Positions 1 through 13,491 of a stretch of 64,000 nucleotides of DNA are shown piece after piece. A model generated the notes under the pieces. That model ran no database searches, had not been told where the DNA came from, and saw nothing but the letters and a program-made list of their open reading frames with translations. Source of the DNA: Phoronis australis (Eukaryota; Animalia; Phoronida). The stretch spans positions 158,762 to 222,761 of the forward strand of contig NMRA01000581.1 of assembly GCA_002633005.1 (NCBI GenBank). The letters are read 5' to 3'. Position 1 is the stretch's first letter; each line of letters starts with the position of its first letter. The position numbers were made by a program, and so were the translations under genes.

Positions 1-670
1 TTACGAGTGAATGTACTGTTGCTTGAGGCTGGGCAAACAGGAAGCTGGAGAGAAAGAACAAACAGTGCAACCATCGGACTTGGTAGGAACTAACCAGGGG
101 TTGGATATGAAGCTTGAAAGACGTGAAATCGACATTCCAGGGCTTTAGTGCAATGCAAAATCATCAAAAAAGGCGAGAACAAGGATTCATTTACGAGTGA
201 AGACCTTGGCATGAATGGAAAACATCAATTTAAATGTAAGGTAAGTCGTACTGCATTGTCCGGTTTATACGCCACGGTGCTATGCTAGTTCTCCAATCTG
301 AAGCAGGCGATCTTCAATTTGACAATCTTTGGAAACATAAGATTGTGAATCATAATATCAACGAAATTTCTTTGTCCCTTAGCAGTGAAGACTAACAAAA
401 CATTCATGAAACGGGTCCAAGGTCTTCAGAGATTACTTTCGTATAGAACGCTGCCCTGTCTGATTTTCGCATTGGGTGAATACAAAGTGAACAAAAGAAC
501 AAAGGTGACACCGAGTGACTAAATTAAATTTTAACTTCTTGCCCAAAATATTTTCGATATTCTTACGCTGAAAGGGTGTATAACTGTTGTTCGCGTAATT
601 AACAACTCTACATCGACAACAAGTCAAGATCAACATAGTAGTTTTGCGGGTTGCTGACAAATTATGGATC

Positions 671-3600
671 TCACGGAATCTGTGGACTAGAACATTCCTT
701 TTGTTCAGAAATAACAATTACGCTTTCGCAATTTCGATTTCCGGTTCTTTTAGGTCTGCTGCCTCGCCAACATCCGGCAGAGTACATAAGCACAGAAACA
801 AAAGTTGCAGACGCCATGGAAACAAAAAGAAAATATATAGTATGTTGGGCACTATGATTTTGAAGCAAATATCCAACAATTAACTGAGTGGATAACCCAC
901 CCATGGCTAAAAAGACGTCAGCGAGTGAGGTCAGAACGCTGGTGACTTCAATATAATGGTTCGCAAAGGCTAGCGCTCCCGGAATTACGGGTCCGAAGAG
1001 AAAAGCAGTTGAAATAGAGAAGCCCCACAAATGATATACACTGTTTACCCCCATGTAACAAAAACAAGCGGAAAACACCGTTGCACCAAGAAGAAACGGT
1101 AGCAACAGAAACTGCACAGGAATACGAATAGTTGCGATGGACATGACAAGCTGGCCGCTGGCAAGTGCGAAAGACTGCGCGGAATCAAGCCACACTGCGG
1201 CTTGTTTCGTTAATTTCAAGTTGCTCTCGACTCCATACGTCAGCATGTAGGTCACGACGGTTTCGGCAGCACATTTGGTGCTAAAGATATACAGCAACAT
1301 ATTTGTGCACATGAAGCAGCCATAAATACAATTTCCTTCTGCGCACGACCCCGGATGTAAAAGATTTTTTAAAGAATTTGATTCTCTCCTTGCTTCACGG
1401 TGCTTCAACTTCTTTTTCACCGGTTTCTTGATTTGCACCAACATAGAACATAGCGAGACAAGCATCAATGTTCCTGCAATAATGGAATACGGTATTTCGA
1501 TACGCGAAGGTTTCCCGTATTCGGTGCTGTTGTTTGTGAAAACAGTATCGGTGCCGTTGTAGCTGCCATTGTTGATTGTCCCTAGAAATGGTGACGCAAT
1601 GAACGAGACGAGAACCAGGGAATAGGTTGAAATAGCGTACACGGCGTTCACAACTGTGCTGGCTCTAGTGATCCAGTCGTTTAGCAATACGTAGTTTCCC
1701 ACTGAAAAATCAACGGGAACATTTAGTCAGATTAGTTAAACAGCAACAACAATAACAATAGGTCAACTACAACAACAAAATAACAATAACATGCATAGCC
1801 ATTATGTTTAGTGTTATCATCGTCACGGGCGGAAGTAGGCAATTATCTGCTCGGGTTGTGTGTCTGTCACCACGAAATCGTGTCTCGAGCTGAGAAGAAA
1901 TTCGGCCGACTACTTTGCAGTTATTTTAAATATTTTCAAGCACCTCACAATGTTAATTAGTTCAAACTTAAGCACAAAACTACAAACATCAGAGGGACGT
2001 GTAAGGCCATGCTGTTTTGTTTTTCATTAATCCTGCTGAAGGCGAGGCAGATTTCGATTATGAGCCAGGCGCCAATGACGATTGTGATGGGACAGTTATG
2101 ATGTTCATCATGCCAGTCACAATGACAACGATAACAAGGTTGCTGATTTTGATGACGATGACGACGAGAAAGATGACGATTGCAAAGAAATAAGAACTTA
2201 CTTGAACTTATCCCACCCAAAGCTATTCCTTGCACAAAGTATATGGCGCCAAAGAAATAGACGTTCCGTGCCCACGGTATGATGAAGGTACTGCCGCTAA
2301 AAACTAGCCCTATAACGCTCAGTCCCATGTCGTCATAGTTTGGAAATCTGCTCAACAAATAGCCCGTCATCAGAGATCCAACCACTCGGCCGGGGTGTAG
2401 GAAAGAAGTAGCCTAAAACGTTCACACTTTTATCAGGTGGGCAGTTTTTGCTTAGTCTGTAGGTAACATGATGTCCTCCAGACTCTTGAAAACAAACCTG
2501 AACGCCAGTGTTTGCGTTTCTGTCACACAATCAGGTCTAAAATGAATACATGTACGACATTTTCAAGAAATTCTACAAGTTTTTGTTCTTGGTTGTCGAA
2601 TACGTGTGGAGATAACTCCTATCTTTAAAGAAAGGTTAGGCTTTTCAAACGAAAACGAAGTTTGTGGACCATTTGTTAATGTTAACAGTTCGGACTGTCG
2701 CTGTTTAATTTATACGAATCTGAACACTGAATTGTGTCTTTAGAAGTTTCAAATTTAACAGACACCATCAAAACTGATATTTTCAATAATATCGAATAAA
2801 TGTAACAGTAAACTCAAAGCCAATGAAGCTTACCTGTGAAATAACTTCATAATTTGTTTGAAATCTTTCAACAAGGTCTATCATCGTCGTCCCAAGTANA
2901 GCCCGTCATCAGAGATCCAACCACTCTGCCGGGGTGTAGGAAAGAAGTAGCCTAAAACGTTCACACTTTTATCAGGTGGGCAGTTTTTACTTAGTCTGTA
3001 GGTAACATGATGTCCTCCAGACTCTTGAAAACAAACCTGAACGTCAGTGTTTGCGTTTCTGTCACACAATCAGGTCTAAAATGAATACATGTACGACATT
3101 TTCAAGAAATTCTACAAGTTTTTGTACTTGGTTGTCGAATACGTGTGGAGATAACTCCTATCTTTAAAGAAAGGTTAGGCTTTTCAAACGAAAACGAAGT
3201 TTGTGGACCATTTGTTAATGTTAACAGTTCGGACTGTCGCTGTTTAATTTATACGAATCTGAACACTGAATTGTGTCTTCAGAAGTTTCAAATTTAACAG
3301 ACACCATCAAAACTGATATTTTCAATAATATCGAATAAATGTAACAGTAAACTCAAAGCCAATGAAGCTTACCTGTGAAATAACTTCATAATTTGTTTGA
3401 AATCTTTCAACAAGGTCTATCATCGTCGTCCCAAGTAACTTGACCGCCATATACTGAAATAAAGTCAATATCATTCAGTCTTGAAATTTTGATTGAGATT
3501 GCAAGAACACGTTAGAATGAAAATGTTCAATGCATGTCAGACATTATTAGGCACTACTCTTCAAAACAGGAGATGGGTGTGTAAATGTTTTCAGAAAAAA

Positions 3601-3868
3601 GGTAGTACCATAATACACTTTGCCCGAAGTAGGCCTACATGGCGAAACAGCTTCATATTCATAAGTTGGGTTTTTACATTTTACGTGTTTGTAATATTGA
3701 AACCATGAAGCAGCTCACTCCAAAACAAAAGAAGGCACAAATCAAAATAGTCCTAATATAACGATAAGTTTTATCGTTGATACGGTTAGTTGGCCCAACG
3801 TCATCTTCATTTGCAGTGGGTGGCTTGACGTTTTTGTTAATATCAGATGAGTTTTCACAGTCTGCCAT
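671..3868 (-). CDS. MFS transporter, MFSD4/NaGLT1 (sodium-dependent glucose transporter 1-like) family, copy A; exons 3868-3719, 3453-3373, 2412-2202, 1701-671; 490 aa
   Basis: GT-AG introns with phases 0,0,1 join 150+81+211+1031 nt into one frame (MADCEN...CFG|YMAVKLLGTTMIDL...EVISQ|ATSFLHPGRVVGSLMTG...IPW...QGIALGGISS|MGN...IASPFLG...SRIEIPYSII...PGSCAEGN). About 12 hydrophobic segments. Motif layout matches the MFSD4 family from recall. The exon 2-3 region is shown twice because of a gap-overlap artefact at N2899. Confidence 0.88.
2361..3437. repeat. 538-bp direct duplication on either side of a single N (2361-2898 / 2900-3437); probable assembly overlap of two haplotypes
   Basis: The two copies abut exactly at N2899 and differ by about 5 SNPs; paralogs B and C lack the duplication. 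Confidence 0.85.
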
Positions 3869-3927
3869 TGTACTACTTCCTGTGAACAATGTCCCCCTTT
3901 TCTGTTTTGCTTTCCACGGCTGTGCAC

Positions 3928-3933
3928 TTTATA
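3928..3933 (-). promoter_or_regulatory. Candidate TATA box of copy A
   Basis: TATAAA about 60 nt upstream of the ATG, positionally conserved in copies B and C. Confidence 0.5.
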
Positions 3934-4329
3934 ATCCATATACTGATTACGCTGTTCAAGAGGTGTCTCGTATCACGTAATCAACTGTAGCATGACTACG
4001 TAGCCACATCAGTCAACATGTCAAGACTCTTCCACAATCTTTGCACACTTCGCCTGTAAGTCAAAATTGTTGACACATAATGACGCCACTAAATTGCCCA
4101 GAAAATATGATTGAACTTTTGCCTATAGTTGTCTCGCGTTTTGGCCTATGAGCAGATATTTACAGCGACATCCCCATTCAGCTTGATAAGCTTCAAAAAA
4201 CCCTCAAAAGTTTGGAACAAACTTTGAAATTGTCTTGCAAAGTCTGATAAATGGCAAGCGTGACCTCTGATCGAGTTTCACATTTGATGGTGCGTAAAGG
4301 TGCCATTCACGAAGAACCATGATATTCCT

Positions 4330-5790
4330 TTGCGACACTAACAGGAGATAGCACAGAGGTTGTTTGAAATCTAAGCTAATGTATACCACTAAGCCATACC
4401 AAGAACTACGTATCCCTTGTTGTTGCTTTGTAACAGGCACAACACACTGAATGTTCCAAGAGGGTCATTGAAGCCCCTGGAGCATGCGAAATGTCAGTTC
4501 TTTGCAAGACCGAAAATCGATTTTCATCTGAGTACGGAATAAGTTGAGGCTTATTCTACAGAGTTGTCCGAAGTGGTCTTGTGTGACAATAAGTTTCTTC
4601 GAGCGAAGCCGGGTTCATGGCCGCTTTAAAACAATCACTTGGCATTGCTGTATATAGGCCTACCTGAATGTGGATATGGGGGAATTCTGGGTAAATATCA
4701 CTAAGGTAATACATGTACACTCTAGCTTTGGCTCAACTCCACCGGTTCAGACGGGTCAACCGGTTTCGACATGTGACTGCTCTGCAAGCAGAAAATCGCC
4801 CTCCCTATCAGACGTCTTAGGCTGTTGACCCGGCGGAACCAACGAACTCTATTAATTACAGCTCATGTGTTATAGAATCGAGTCAAGGTTTTCCTACCTT
4901 AACAGGTAGCTGTCCTGCCATCTAACGTTTATTCATGGAACCAACCTGTAAAATGTTCAGTGCAAATCGTAATGGAGGCTCTGTCACAAGTTTTCAAAGA
5001 CAGAAAGTTGTTCTCTTGGTTTGGGCTTGAAGAACCAGTTACGTACGCAGTACCAGCTTTTCTACAGGTTGTACATAATCTGGAAATATGAAGAGCGTAG
5101 CAAAGTACTTGACTACAAGTCTCAAACAAAGCAAAATAAAACTAAGTGATTCCAAACTGTTTCCATGTTTTACGATTGCCACAACTGATTGCAACTGGCC
5201 ACTCCGTGAAAACAAACAAATTTACACAAGTATTAGCTCAATTTGTATTTGAATGGTGAACCTCTGAAGGTGTACATGTACAAGAGATCTATATTCGAGT
5301 CCGTGAACCCTTGACAGATGACACTGACATCTTACGGCAACACAAAAAACTACCTTTTTTGCTCAAGCCATATGTCTGTAAAAGTTCAGCTGTTTACCTC
5401 TTTCTCTTCATTCCAATGTATACTGCCCAACGGCTGTGAAAATTTTCTATATGTAATCTCTATTGAATACCCCCTACCATAATGTATGTATAAGCCAATC
5501 ATGTGTTTTGTAAGTTTAAAAGCACCACTACTGTGTGAACTGTTTTGTCCGGCGGATTTTCAATGTTGTAAATGGACTTGTTTGTCGATTGTTACGTCGT
5601 CTGCATTTAATCTCATTTTCTGAGCCATAAACGAATCTGGTCTTAAGTTTTCTTCTGAAATTCGTGCAATTTGGGAAACTAGTTAATTTTAATACCATGA
5701 AAATGTAGCAATAAAATGTAAATTTTGATCTCGCGCGAGTGAGGTTACGCTGCGCATGCGTGGCAGCATTCGTTTGAGTGCTACCTCTGC
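4330..5790. repeat. Upstream block shared by all array units (homologous to about 18190-19790 and 50140-51870)
   Basis: Collinear high identity from 'gcgacactaac..gagatagcac' to 'gttacgctgcgcatgcgtggcagcatt'. Confidence 0.85.
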
Positions 5791-8700
5791 ACTTACGGTG
5801 CGTACACGCTACTTTATTTGAAAAAGGTGGTTGCTACGATAAAATGTAAAAAGGTGGTTGACTGCAACTACATGTACGTGCACTTACGCCCCGCTATACC
5901 GTAACTTACGGTGGGTGGGCGCTACATTAAAAGCACAAAGGTGGTTGGTTGTGCCTACGTGTTCCTACGCCCCACTACAGCACTGTCTCCGACTTCCTGC
6001 TTCCGGAAGCATTACGACTGACGGATTGATGCATGTGCTCTCTAGGGTCAATGACCCACGGGCCGTGCTCGGAACGTCGCATGGGATGGTGTACATGAAG
6101 TTTTCTCACTCAATCCGGATTCTTCCGCCTGGCTTTATCTTTAATTGAGACACAACTCCACTCTCGACGTCTCAATAGCCACTTACTTCCATCTTTTATG
6201 GCACTTTGATCAGTTGTTTGTTTGAACTCATCAACTATGAGAAAACAAGGTGATTGATATCTTCGATGAATGATGCAATACAAGTTTCTAAAGGCGTAAG
6301 ATGGGTATGCACTTTTTACTAATAAAGAACTCACAAGTCGTGTTCACAATGACAAGCAGACAGAAAATTAAGGTGAGACTATAGAGAAATGTTCATATTC
6401 TGGAAGTTGTTTGATGAAATGTGCAGATTTACAAAAAGGTTGCTCATATGTACGCTTCATGACACACAGATGTGCACGACAAAGCCGATTTTTTCCTCTG
6501 ATTGATAAACTTTGCCAGTTTTTGCAAATAAAGCAAACAGATTAAGGACCAAACGAATACATGTACCTCAAGAATTGCGCCATTTTTAATTGTTATACAA
6601 AACAATGTTAATAGAATATTGGCATGCATTATTACATGCGTGCACCCTTTCGTATTCAATTTTAGTTAATAAACTGACGTCGTCAAATAATAATCTACAA
6701 TTTGCTTATTTATGTAAATATGTATTGTTTGCTTTTTAACTGTTCGAAAACTTGATTCGCCTGCTAGTCCGAAAGAGGTTTTTTGTAGGGTGGGCCAAAG
6801 CCTTTTTAAAATCAAACAAATCAAGTTAATGGTTTTATTGATGAACACGTGAACCCTCTAAAACACATAATGATCGACTGTTTATGGACCCCTAACTGGA
6901 TCAAACCAGTCACTTGTTTTGTTTGTAACCAACCCTTCATCGGACGTTTGACAACCACCGACTATCTTCCACTCATAGTTTATGGTTATTCTCGTCAGCC
7001 ATATTGTGACGCAGAATTAGTACTTCATGTTTTAACCAACACAACAACATTTGATATTGGTTAATAGCGATATTTGATAAAGCCTATCAAGGATGCAGAG
7101 CCCAGACACTATTGTCATGAATTCTCATGATGATCAAGTGAAAGTGAGTCATATCCTGTTTTTTCATTGAACTCTGGCAAAAGGAAGAGTTGTTACATAA
7201 TAGTTCCTGTGAGTAGTGACCTCAGCATATCAATGTTATTGTTTCAGTGCATCTGGTTGTCTGGTAAACAAGTCATTTTCCATATATGGCATGCCAGGAC
7301 GAGATTGTGGAATTCCATTCATAAAAGTTTACTATTTGTGTTGACGTCACAGGAACTGACTCAAATACACCCAAAACCCACACATATTTTGAGTTGCTAT
7401 ATATATTGTAGTTAGAGCCAATAAACTTTGTGTGTTCTTATAGCCTTCAATCGATGTAGTCAGTTTTTATCTCCATCTAACAAGCAACGAACCGGTTAGA
7501 CTCCACAGCAGTCTACAACTTCATCAAATACCCCACAACTATTTTGAAGGAAAATTGACACCACCATCCCTAAAACCGGCATGCTGTGTTTTTATTGGTC
7601 GTTTTATATGGAGGGGGAAGGGGGTGCGCTTGAGTCATGATTATTTTTTTTACAATGAAACGAATCCATTGCCAAGTCTGTACAGGAGTTGACGATGAAC
7701 GGTGTGAAAACAGTAGTTGACAAGCAGTAGAGAGTGGCCTGTAAGCATTTAGACAAGGGCTATAAATTATTTTATGGTTCCCTGTGATTTACGTAGGTCC
7801 AGACAGACGCTGAGAGTCCCAATGACCACGGTAGTTGAATTGAACTGCACGCTAATGTGTGTAATTTGGAGATAAAATTTCGTTTCGATAATATGTTTCA
7901 TTAAATGCCCTACTGTCATTGTTGATTTTAAAAGAGACTTTTAACTGCAGTCCTTATAGACGTACAGACTGAATTGATCACAAATAGATAAAATGGACGA
8001 CTGGAAAGTTGGCGTTATCTAACCTCAAATTTTTGGAAATTGTGACTGGGAGTTTTTTCAAATGTAGAGTTTAATTTGTGATAGTATGTGCGTGCGTCAG
8101 AAATGCGGTTTGAGTTTAAAGTCAAAAATTGAAACAACGAATTCTTAAGATCCTTTGGTTGACTTAATGTTTGAAAGTGACTTTATTCATAGTTTGTCAA
8201 CATAACTTGTTAAACAAAGAAACCAGAAAATTTTATTAACATAACACAAATCAATGACAACAGAAACAAAAGTTTGATAATACAGTCAAATAAATTAACT
8301 GCAATTCAATGAATTAAATATATTTGATGACAGAATGCCGAACTTACTCGAATTTGTCAAAATTGATTAGTTTTTCAAAAAAACGTCTCAATGTGCCTAA
8401 AGTTGCTGGGCTCCAGTTTGGAGAAAAAAAAAACTGAAATTTAAGTTTAAATGAATTGTTGTGATGTGCATTCTCTAACAATAATCGCTGAAAGTTTAAT
8501 CAGTTTCCCCTCAAAACTAAGAAAGTTTAGCAATCAAATGTTAATGACCTCATAGTTTCAGTCCACTTCCAAACAATTCAAACACAAATTAGAATGGCGA
8601 AAACAAGGTTTCATTACCCTTAATCCAAAGTGTTGAAATGAACACCTGAGCTCGTGACCACCAAAGTTTACGTAAATTATTCTTACACCATCCTGTTTTA

Positions 8701-8950
8701 AGTGGATTTTTAAATATTTTACTTCACGTTAGAAACCTATGTTAGATCTGTTGAAAAACTGAATGAGCTTCATCCTGCCAAATAAGCATCTCATATTAAA
8801 GTTTAGTCAAGACTCGACTCAGAAATTGACCAATCACACTCCATGAAAACTGGTAGTTACGGGGCCGTGTTGTCAAAATACATGAGATAGAGAACTGATA
8901 ATATATTTACAGTAATGAAGTAAATAATATTTTTCCTTGAATAACCTTGC

Positions 8951-9078
8951 ATAAATACACAAAACGTACCGAGAATGGCCTACATGAAATAATATACCAC
9001 GGTCTCGGTCGATACGCGGAATAATGTCTCGTGGGGTATTACTTCATGTACGCCAATCGAGGTACGTTTTGTATTTAT
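8951..9078. repeat. Imperfect ~50-bp inverted repeat (hairpin); also at 37428-37555 and 63645-63772
   Basis: ataaatacacaaaacgtacc...tacatgaaataatataccacg pairs with cgtggggtattacttcatgta...ggtacgttttgtatttat across a ~28-nt spacer. Confidence 0.75.
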
Positions 9079-9805
9079 CCCATACGCTTCGAATTCCTAA
9101 GTTTCTTAAATTTTTTCCGCAGATTTTATAAATACTTCACTCAGCCTGTTCACGTGGCGGATCACATCCCATATGTATGTACTTGTGCGTTAGATTGCAA
9201 GTTTTCTCTAGTAAAAGAAACAATTTCAATGTGATGATTTATTACTTGAAAAGAGATAACAAAAATGAAAACAACACTAACTTTGCACTGAACTTCTAAC
9301 ATCTCCTGAAAATAGTTAAATAACAACATTTGATTGTGTAGTTACCGAAGAATCGGCGACTGAGTTGCAGACGATATAATATTTAGCAAATGAAAACTGA
9401 GACAGAACTGTCATATAATTAACAGTCCTGTTCCAGATGTTACGATTGAGATCTGATTGCATGTTGAGTGTTATTTACACTGCAACGGTTGTATTACTTA
9501 AATTATTTTCCCAACGTTTGATGATCTAACCGGCTATCGACGTCGACTCTACATTGCCCTACCTTTTGAACTTTCCACGTCAGAGGTCAATGTTGAAGAA
9601 GTACGAGAGATGAATAGAGAAAACGTATTACATGCCCGCATTTCCCTCTAAAGATTCAACGCGTATAGGATCAATTCATCTCCTTCAAACAATCTTGGTT
9701 GAATTCTATAAACGCAAGAATATTAGCATTATTCACGTAATTGAAATTCCTGATTCTGTGAGTGTAGAAAAACACTAAGGTTCTGTGGATTACTGAGAAA
9801 GGACC

Positions 9806-12800
9806 TCATGGAAACTGTTTGGTAGAGCATTCCGTTTCTTCAGAGGTTACAGTTAGGCTTTCACAATTTCGGTTTCCGGTTGTTTTATGTCTGCTGCCAC
9901 GCCAACATCCGGCAGAGTACAAAAGCAAAGCAACGAAAGTTGCAGACGCCATAGAAACAAAAAGAAAATATATAGTATGCTGGGCACTATGATTTTGAAG
10001 CAAATATCCAACAATTAACTGAGTGGTTAACCCACCCATGGCTACAAATACGTCAGCGAGGGACGTCAGAACGCTGGTGACTTCAATGTAATGGTTTACA
10101 AAGGCTAGTCCTCCCGGAAATACGGGTCCGTACAGAAAAGCAGTAGAAATCATGACGCCCCATAAGTGGTATGTACTGTTTACCCCCACGTAACAAAAAC
10201 TGGCAGCGAAAATTGTTGTACCAAGAAGAAACGGTAGCAACAGATACTGTACAGGAATACGAAAAGTTGCAATGGACATGAAAACCCGGCCGATAGAAAG
10301 TGCGAGGCTTTGCATGGCGTCCAGCCACGCGGCGTCTTGCTTTGTTAGTTTCAAGTTGCTCTCGACTGCATACGTCAACATGTAGGTCAGAATGGTTTCA
10401 TCCGCACATTTGCAACTAAATAAATAAAGAATTAAACAACAGCACATGAAGCTGCCATAGACACAGTTTCCGTCTGCGCACGAGCCCGGATATAAAAGAT
10501 TTCTTAACGAAGTTGAATCACCGCGAGATCCAAGAGGCTTCCACGTCTTTTTTCCTGGTTTCTTGATTTGCAGCAACGCGCAACCAATAGACGGAAATAA
10601 AAGTGTCCCTGCAATAATAGAATACGGTATTTCGATACGCGATGGTTTCCCGTATTCGGTGCTGTTGTTTGTGAAAACAGTGTTGGTGCCATTATTGCTG
10701 GTGTTGTGGATTGTGCCAAGAAATGGTGACGCAATGAACGGAACGAGAACCATGGTAAAGGCTGATGTAGCGTACGCGGCATTCACAACTGTGCTGGCTC
10801 TTGTTGTCCAGTTATTCAACAATATGAAGTTTCCCACTGAAAATCAACAAGAACTTTTAGTGAGGTTAGTTGACAGGTAATAACAATGCCAATAGGTCAA
10901 CTATTACTAAACAACAATAATGGTGATATAACAGTAAAAGTATTATGACCAATATTATCATCATCGTCGACTGGAATAGGCACTATTTCTTTTATGTTGC
11001 TTGAAAAGGAATTTTACGATTTATCATGAGAAAATTGTACTATGAGGTGACCAGAACCAGACGACCAGTTTGCAGATATTTTAAAGCGTTATTCAAGTCC
11101 GTGGCAGTGTTACTAAAATGAAGCCGAAATCGCAAACTTCAAACTGTAGAGTGCTTGTCAGCAGTCGACACAGGCGAAAATGTAAGCTCGAAAATACTAG
11201 TGATTGCTTATTATAGCATGCTCAATCGATGAAAAGTTGTACATTTCCGTGTGACGTTACTACGTACATTATACTGTCGTACTTAAAATAACGAATTGTA
11301 TGGAATAAGCGCCCATTATAGTGGGTTAGTTGACGTAAATAACGATATGAGATATGATCCCCGAGAGAACACTGTAACTGATTGGGACCGCGTCACTGAC
11401 CTGTCGGTGATATGACAAGGTCAGTACGGCTACAGAAAAACTAACAATCTGCCAAAATGAGTGACATACAAATTGTTATACGATCACCCAAGTCAATAAT
11501 TCGTTGGTGTCGCGATCGCAAAGTTGAACAACTGAGTATTGGCCATCACAATTTCATTTTTCAATTTGGTATTGAAAATAGAATTCTTAATGGTTAGTTG
11601 ATACATGTATTTTATATTTCCAAATTTCATATTCAAAACGAAAATTGAAAATTGAAACATGGATACGCTTCCAAATGTAATAAAACAATTTAAATAATAA
11701 ATCGTCTATAATGTTTTTGACTCTTAACTGTAGTTTCATAATTCTATTCGAATTGAGTCTTGGAATTGGAAACCAACACATGGTATTCAATCCCACTAGA
11801 ATTTATTGTTAGCAAAGAAGGCTTAAACATATAATATTCTGATAATCGTAACACCTTCCGATTTGTTAAAGGAAACGAAGCAGTTACCCAACTGTTTTCA
11901 ACACGAGCTTTAATTTTTCATTACCCTAGCAGACATCACCATTTAAATCTGCGTATCGCTCTCTCAACTTTGCAAAATAGAAAGAACTCGAATAAGTCCT
12001 TTTACTCTTAATAAATGGTCTCACAATATTCATCGCCGTGTCACGTGTCCAGCAAAGGGACACATTTTTACATTTGAAAAAGATGTGCCTATAAGGAAGT
12101 CCTAGCGGACCCTGCCAAAATGCTCACAAGGCCAGTCCGCCCACGCTGGAAACTGGGAACCGAAGTACATGTATGCCTGACAGCCTCGGGACCGGGCATA
12201 ATAAATCTGCCACTAACTACATGTACACTTGAAATTAGATCGCTTAAAGTGTTGATATTAAATAATCCTCGTCAATCTTCAAATTGCTGGAATAAGTTTG
12301 AAAACGTCATACAAGGTCTTCAGACAAAAACATGATCACGACAACGATAACGACAATGACAATAATGATGATAATGACGACCACTACGACGATTGCAAAG
12401 AACTTACTAGACATGATTCCACCCAAGGACATTCCTTGCACAAAGTATAGGGCACCAAACAAATCGACGTTCCGCACCCATGGTATCATAAAGGTACTGC
12501 CACCATAAACTAGCGACATGACGCTCAGTCCCATGTCGTCATAGTTTGGAAATCTTCCCAACAAATATCCCGTCATCAAAGATCCAACCACTCTGCCCGG
12601 ATGTAATAGAGAGATGGCCTAAAACGTACATAATTCCATGTCCTTGATAGGATATTCTGAATATAAAAAAATAAAATAAAACGTTAGCGTTTTTAGAAAA
12701 TTGCGTTCTCACAGTCCACATGGGTTAGTTAACAGTGATAATGACATTTTGAGGAAATTCCAAATTTTTTGTTTGTTTGTCGAATTAAGTGTATTATAGG

Positions 12801-13429
12801 GAAGAAAACGCATCCGTAACTAAAATTTGCGTTCTCAAATAGAAAAAAATCTTGTGGACAGAGTCTTGATGACAAAACTTTAGCCTATAGCTGTTTAAGG
12901 TATATGCACCAGATAATGTCTTCAAAAGCTCCAAATCAAACAGATAACACCAAAACTGACATTTTCAATATTGATCAATAAATATAACAGTAACACCAAA
13001 GTCAATCAAGCTTACCTGTGAAATATCTTCATAATTCGATTGTAATCCTTCAACAAGGTCTATCATTGTCGTGCCAAGTAACTTCGACACCATAAACTTA
13101 AAGAAAATACAATATGCTTCAATTGTAATGTTTTACTGAGATTACATAAACATGTTTGTTGACAAATAAATACAGATACATTTCAAAGACTATTGAGCTA
13201 CACTCTTCAACACGGGAGATGCAAAAGGACTTTTTTAGTTTTTACAGTTTACGTGTTTGCGAAAATTGAAGCAACTCACTGCGAAAGAATAAACCGCAAA
13301 GATGAGAACAGTCCTAATGTAACGATATGTTTTCTCATTCATACGATTCCTGGACCCAACTTCATTCTCTTTTTCAGTCGACGGTTTGACGTTTCCGTTA
13401 ATGTCTGCTGACGTCTGACAGTCCTCCAT
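9806..13429 (-). CDS. MFSD4/NaGLT1-family MFS transporter, copy B; exons 13429-13280, 13096-13016, 12618-12408, 10836-9806; 490 aa
   Basis: Exon sizes (150/81/211/1031) and GT-AG sites are the same as in copy A; the frame is intact. Confidence 0.9.
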
Positions 13430-13484
13430 ATCACTACTTCCGATGAAAATCGCCTCTCATTGCATATTCATTCAACGTCTGCGC

Positions 13485-13491
13485 TTTTATA
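13485..13491 (-). promoter_or_regulatory. Candidate TATA box of copy B
   Basis: TATAAAA 56 nt upstream of the ATG, conserved in A and C. Confidence 0.5.

Noticed and set aside
671-1702. 343-aa ORFs as stand-alone genes starting at GTG
   Set aside because: The GTG overlaps the acceptor AG; these ORFs are exon 4 of spliced genes.
2361-3437. Apparent exon 2/3 duplication or alternative exons in copy A
   Set aside because: The junction is exactly a single N and both duplicated exons are cut there; this is typical of contig overlap.
10083-10880. Overlapping and antisense ORFs repeated at 38559-39356
   Set aside because: Shadows of exon 4, conserved only because the DNA is duplicated.
12307-12407. 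Poly-Val/Ile hydrophobic tail (also 40778-40884 and the His/Arg-rich tail at 1957-2201)
   Set aside because: Read-through past a conserved GTAAGT donor into an intronic (GAT/GAC)n repeat.
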